From a virus (taxonomy: Duplodnaviria > Caudoviricetes): 36,969 nt of DNA. The position numbers and the translations under genes were made by a program. The notes beneath the pieces were generated by a model. It did no database searches. It was not told the origin of the DNA and was given only the letters and a program-made list of their open reading frames with translations. The number at the start of each line of letters is the position of its first letter. Within the stretch, counting starts at the first letter, position 1. The stretch is taken from the IMG/VR virus record IMGVR_UViG_3300046103_002325, positions 1 to 36,969 of that record. One strand, given 5' to 3'. Positions 34,854 to 36,969 of the stretch are shown here, in pieces.

Positions 34854-35190
34854 AACCATGGTGCTCGTAGGCGTCAGCCATCCTGCCGAAGCACCGCCAA
34901 TAATGGTCGCCGTGCAAAAGGCCCGTTCCCCCTTCCCACAGTGAAACATGAGCTGCTTCGTGAATCGTGGTTTCGATCGCTTGGGTTCGAGTCCGACATC
35001 CCGTGTCGCTGATTTGAATCGTAAGCTCACCGCGAATTTCCAACGTCTGGCCGAGCGTACTTTCGCCCTCCCCGTCCATCCAATCGATTGCATCGACCCA
35101 CTCAAAATTAAACTCGGGCAAGTCGAACTCTTCCCGTAGCCAGTTGATAACTTGGGTCGAGCGTTCGTGCCGGTTCCTCGCTTTAGGCAA
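34822..35190 (-). CDS. SprT-like zinc metallopeptidase domain protein
   Basis: ETTIHEAAHV followed by HGDHYW (HExxH...HG..W). Confidence 0.75.
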   Translation of the reverse strand: MPKARNRHERSTQVINWLREEFDLPEFNFEWVDAIDWMDGEGESTLGQTLEIRGELTIQISDTGCRTRTQAIETTIHEAAHVSLWEGGTGLLHGDHYWRCFGRMADAYEHHGFMDSQAFPVD

Positions 35191-36250
35191 ACAGCGTCTC
35201 CCTGCTTTCGACCGTATTCGTCTCGTGGTCGATGTAGATCAGGCTCTGGCTTGGAGGCTCTGGCGCAAACCCGGAATCGTAAGCGTAGCTATTCGGGCCA
35301 CAGGTACAGCCGTTTTCGGAGAACGCCATTGAGCTGGTTCTCATAAACGAATCAGTGTGCCGATGACCCTGCACCCACAACTTAAAATGGTGGTGCTGTT
35401 GCATTTCGGACAGCCAGCGCCAGGGGGGCGTGCGCAAACCGCAGGCGGTTGTCTTCACGTTGGCCTTTTTTGCGTGCCCGTGGTGAAAGAGCGTTCGAAA
35501 ATCACCGACCTGGCTGAGCGCGTAATAAGACGACTCGATGTGCCAGTCCCATTCTGCGTAGTCTCGAGCAAGCCGGTGGCTGATTGCGATGTCGTAGCTG
35601 CGCCGGGCTGCAAGTCCCGCCTGCATCTGGGGCGTGTCGCGATCGTGATTTGACACAGATACGACGACGCGCACCGGAAGGTCGAGCTTTGACTGCAGAT
35701 GCCGATGCTCCTGATGTCTCATCTTGTAGGTCAGCTCCATTTCCTCGAGAGGCGTTTCGTCGACAAACGCGGAAAGAAGCCCGTCGTGCATGTCGCCATT
35801 GACAAGGTCGTCGCCACCCTGCCAATACGTTAGATGGACTATCTCAGCGTCTCGAGCTTTGCGCTTCAAGCTGGCAATCATTTGGTCGTGGCAGGCCCGA
35901 ATCCGCTCGTGTCCGATCGTCGGATTGTGCTTGTTGATCGGCAGGTCGATCAGCTCTCGCCAGTGTGTGTCTGAGGAGCAGAAAATCGCGCTCAGGCGAC
36001 GTTTGCCTTTGCGCTTGGGGATTCGTGCAGGCTTTGGCTCAGCCGCCTCCTGGGCGATCTCAAGCGCTTCCACGGCAGAGCGGAGGGTGCCGATCTCCTC
36101 ATCCTGCTGTTTGAGAAAGGCTCGCAGCCGCCGGATCTCGAGGCGCTCTTGCTGATTTAGATGACTGCGAATCCCACTAATGCCGTTGCCCGCAAGGACT
36201 GCCTCGGCTTCCTCAATAATCGCTGCGACGTCCTCTTCACTCGGCGGCAA
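35183..36250 (-). CDS. Calcineurin-like metallophosphoesterase with N-terminal coiled coil
   Basis: SDTH, GGD, SNHDR, HHGH and GHRH give the five-motif set. Confidence 0.85.
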   Translation of the reverse strand: MPPSEEDVAAIIEEAEAVLAGNGISGIRSHLNQQERLEIRRLRAFLKQQDEEIGTLRSAVEALEIAQEAAEPKPARIPKRKGKRRLSAIFCSSDTHWRELIDLPINKHNPTIGHERIRACHDQMIASLKRKARDAEIVHLTYWQGGDDLVNGDMHDGLLSAFVDETPLEEMELTYKMRHQEHRHLQSKLDLPVRVVVSVSNHDRDTPQMQAGLAARRSYDIAISHRLARDYAEWDWHIESSYYALSQVGDFRTLFHHGHAKKANVKTTACGLRTPPWRWLSEMQQHHHFKLWVQGHRHTDSFMRTSSMAFSENGCTCGPNSYAYDSGFAPEPPSQSLIYIDHETNTVESRETLFA

Positions 36251-36476
36251 GGAGTTCCAGAACTAAAGACTTTGCGCGCTGCGTGGAAACCGGAGGACCG
36301 TTTAGTGAAGCCTGCGCCGCCTTGTGGAGATGTTGAAACGCCAGGCCAGCAGCTAGGCCCCGTCTCATCACCTCGAGATAAATTTCGCCATCTTCCGGGT
36401 GTGACTTCATCCACCGTTCAAGTTTTGTCAGACGTGTCGGCGCTATTGCTGCAGCAAGAATTTCGTCAACTGTCAT
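36237..36476 (-). CDS. Hypothetical protein
   Basis: ATG at 36476 in ATGA overlap with the upstream lipoprotein gene. Confidence 0.6.
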   Translation of the reverse strand: MTVDEILAAAIAPTRLTKLERWMKSHPEDGEIYLEVMRRGLAAGLAFQHLHKAAQASLNGPPVSTQRAKSLVLELLAAE

Positions 36477-36799
36477 TGATAGCTTCCAGTCCAGCCGCAC
36501 AGTCTCGCGATCTCACGCTCCCAAGAAGCAGTAGCCGGCGCTGAAGTTTCCAGGGCACCCGACGCAATCTCTATGAGGACATTGTCGCTTTGCTCGATAC
36601 ATCCAACGAGGTCAGGGCTCGCGCAACCCATACCGGCGAGCCAGCTCAGCAAGGGCAGCACGGCGACGGCCAAGTGGAGTCGAAATTGGGCCAGACATTT
36701 TCCTGACGTGACGAATTGCCTCACGACGCTTCTCCGCATTCGCTTTTGCTTGGGCATCCCAAAATCCAACAATCCAAGCAAGTCCAACCATCGAAACAA
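36473..36799 (-). CDS. Putative lipoprotein, o-spanin (Rz1-like); true start probably internal
   Basis: Hydrophobic LAVAVLPLLSWLAGMG then Cys (36623-36625); two further Cys; overlaps the i-spanin candidate. Confidence 0.55.
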   Translation of the reverse strand: MFRWLDLLGLLDFGMPKQKRMRRSVVRQFVTSGKCLAQFRLHLAVAVLPLLSWLAGMGCASPDLVGCIEQSDNVLIEIASGALETSAPATASWEREIARLCGWTGSYQ

Positions 36800-36839
36800 C
36801 AGCTAGGCCGGCCAGTATGATTGAGGTAAAATCAATCAT
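36612..36839 (-). CDS. Putative i-spanin (Rz-like), 75 aa
   Basis: ATG at 36839 overlaps the holin stop; N-terminal TM helix followed by a charged helix. Confidence 0.55.
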   Translation of the reverse strand: MIDFTSIILAGLAVVSMVGLAWIVGFWDAQAKANAEKRREAIRHVRKMSGPISTPLGRRRAALAELARRYGLREP

Positions 36840-36969
36840 TTTCGACGGGATCGTTGACAGCTTTGCCCACGTTGAGTGCGACCCAATTGAGTATGGGTGC
36901 AGCAGCGCCCAACTTTGAGTCTGGCACCAGCGCCGATACCAGCGAGGCAATCGCAACCAAAATCGCGGC
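36836..36969. repeat. Terminal direct repeat, right copy
   Basis: Matches 1..134 with one mismatch. Confidence 0.97.

Noticed and set aside
36840-36956. Long N-terminus of ORF 36612..36956
   Set aside because: It overlaps the holin-like gene in another frame; ATG 36839 gives a clean TM-first protein.
1-36969. Alternative genetic code or stop-codon recoding
   Set aside because: Standard-code ORFs tile the genome densely, and TAA, TAG and TGA all terminate well-supported genes.

Overview
The window looks like a complete, circularly assembled dsDNA tailed-phage genome of about 36.8 kb. The first 134 bp repeat at the end with one mismatch, and a small holin-like gene runs across the junction. 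The virion module is podovirus-like (BPP-1/T7-style gene order) on the minus strand: terS, terL, GNAT-like gene, portal, Bbp19-like gene, scaffold, major capsid, decoration protein, tail adaptor, tail nozzle, three internal/ejection proteins (one of 3069 aa), a coiled-coil tail fibre and a beta-helix tailspike-like protein. A lysis cluster follows (TM protein, SET-domain protein, M15 endolysin, holin, probable spanin pair), then a metallophosphoesterase and an HExxH protein. The early region is lambdoid-like: Cro-like HTH, DGQHR protein, replication initiator, helicase loader, VRR-NUC and a divergent RecE/RecT pair. I see no integrase, cI, DNA polymerase or tRNA. The most unusual points are an EndoIII-like HhH-GPD glycosylase signature inside the giant injected protein, a minimal SET methyltransferase coupled to the endolysin, and a tailspike-like protein with a Sec signal peptide. 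All calls come from motif recognition by eye; no searches were run.
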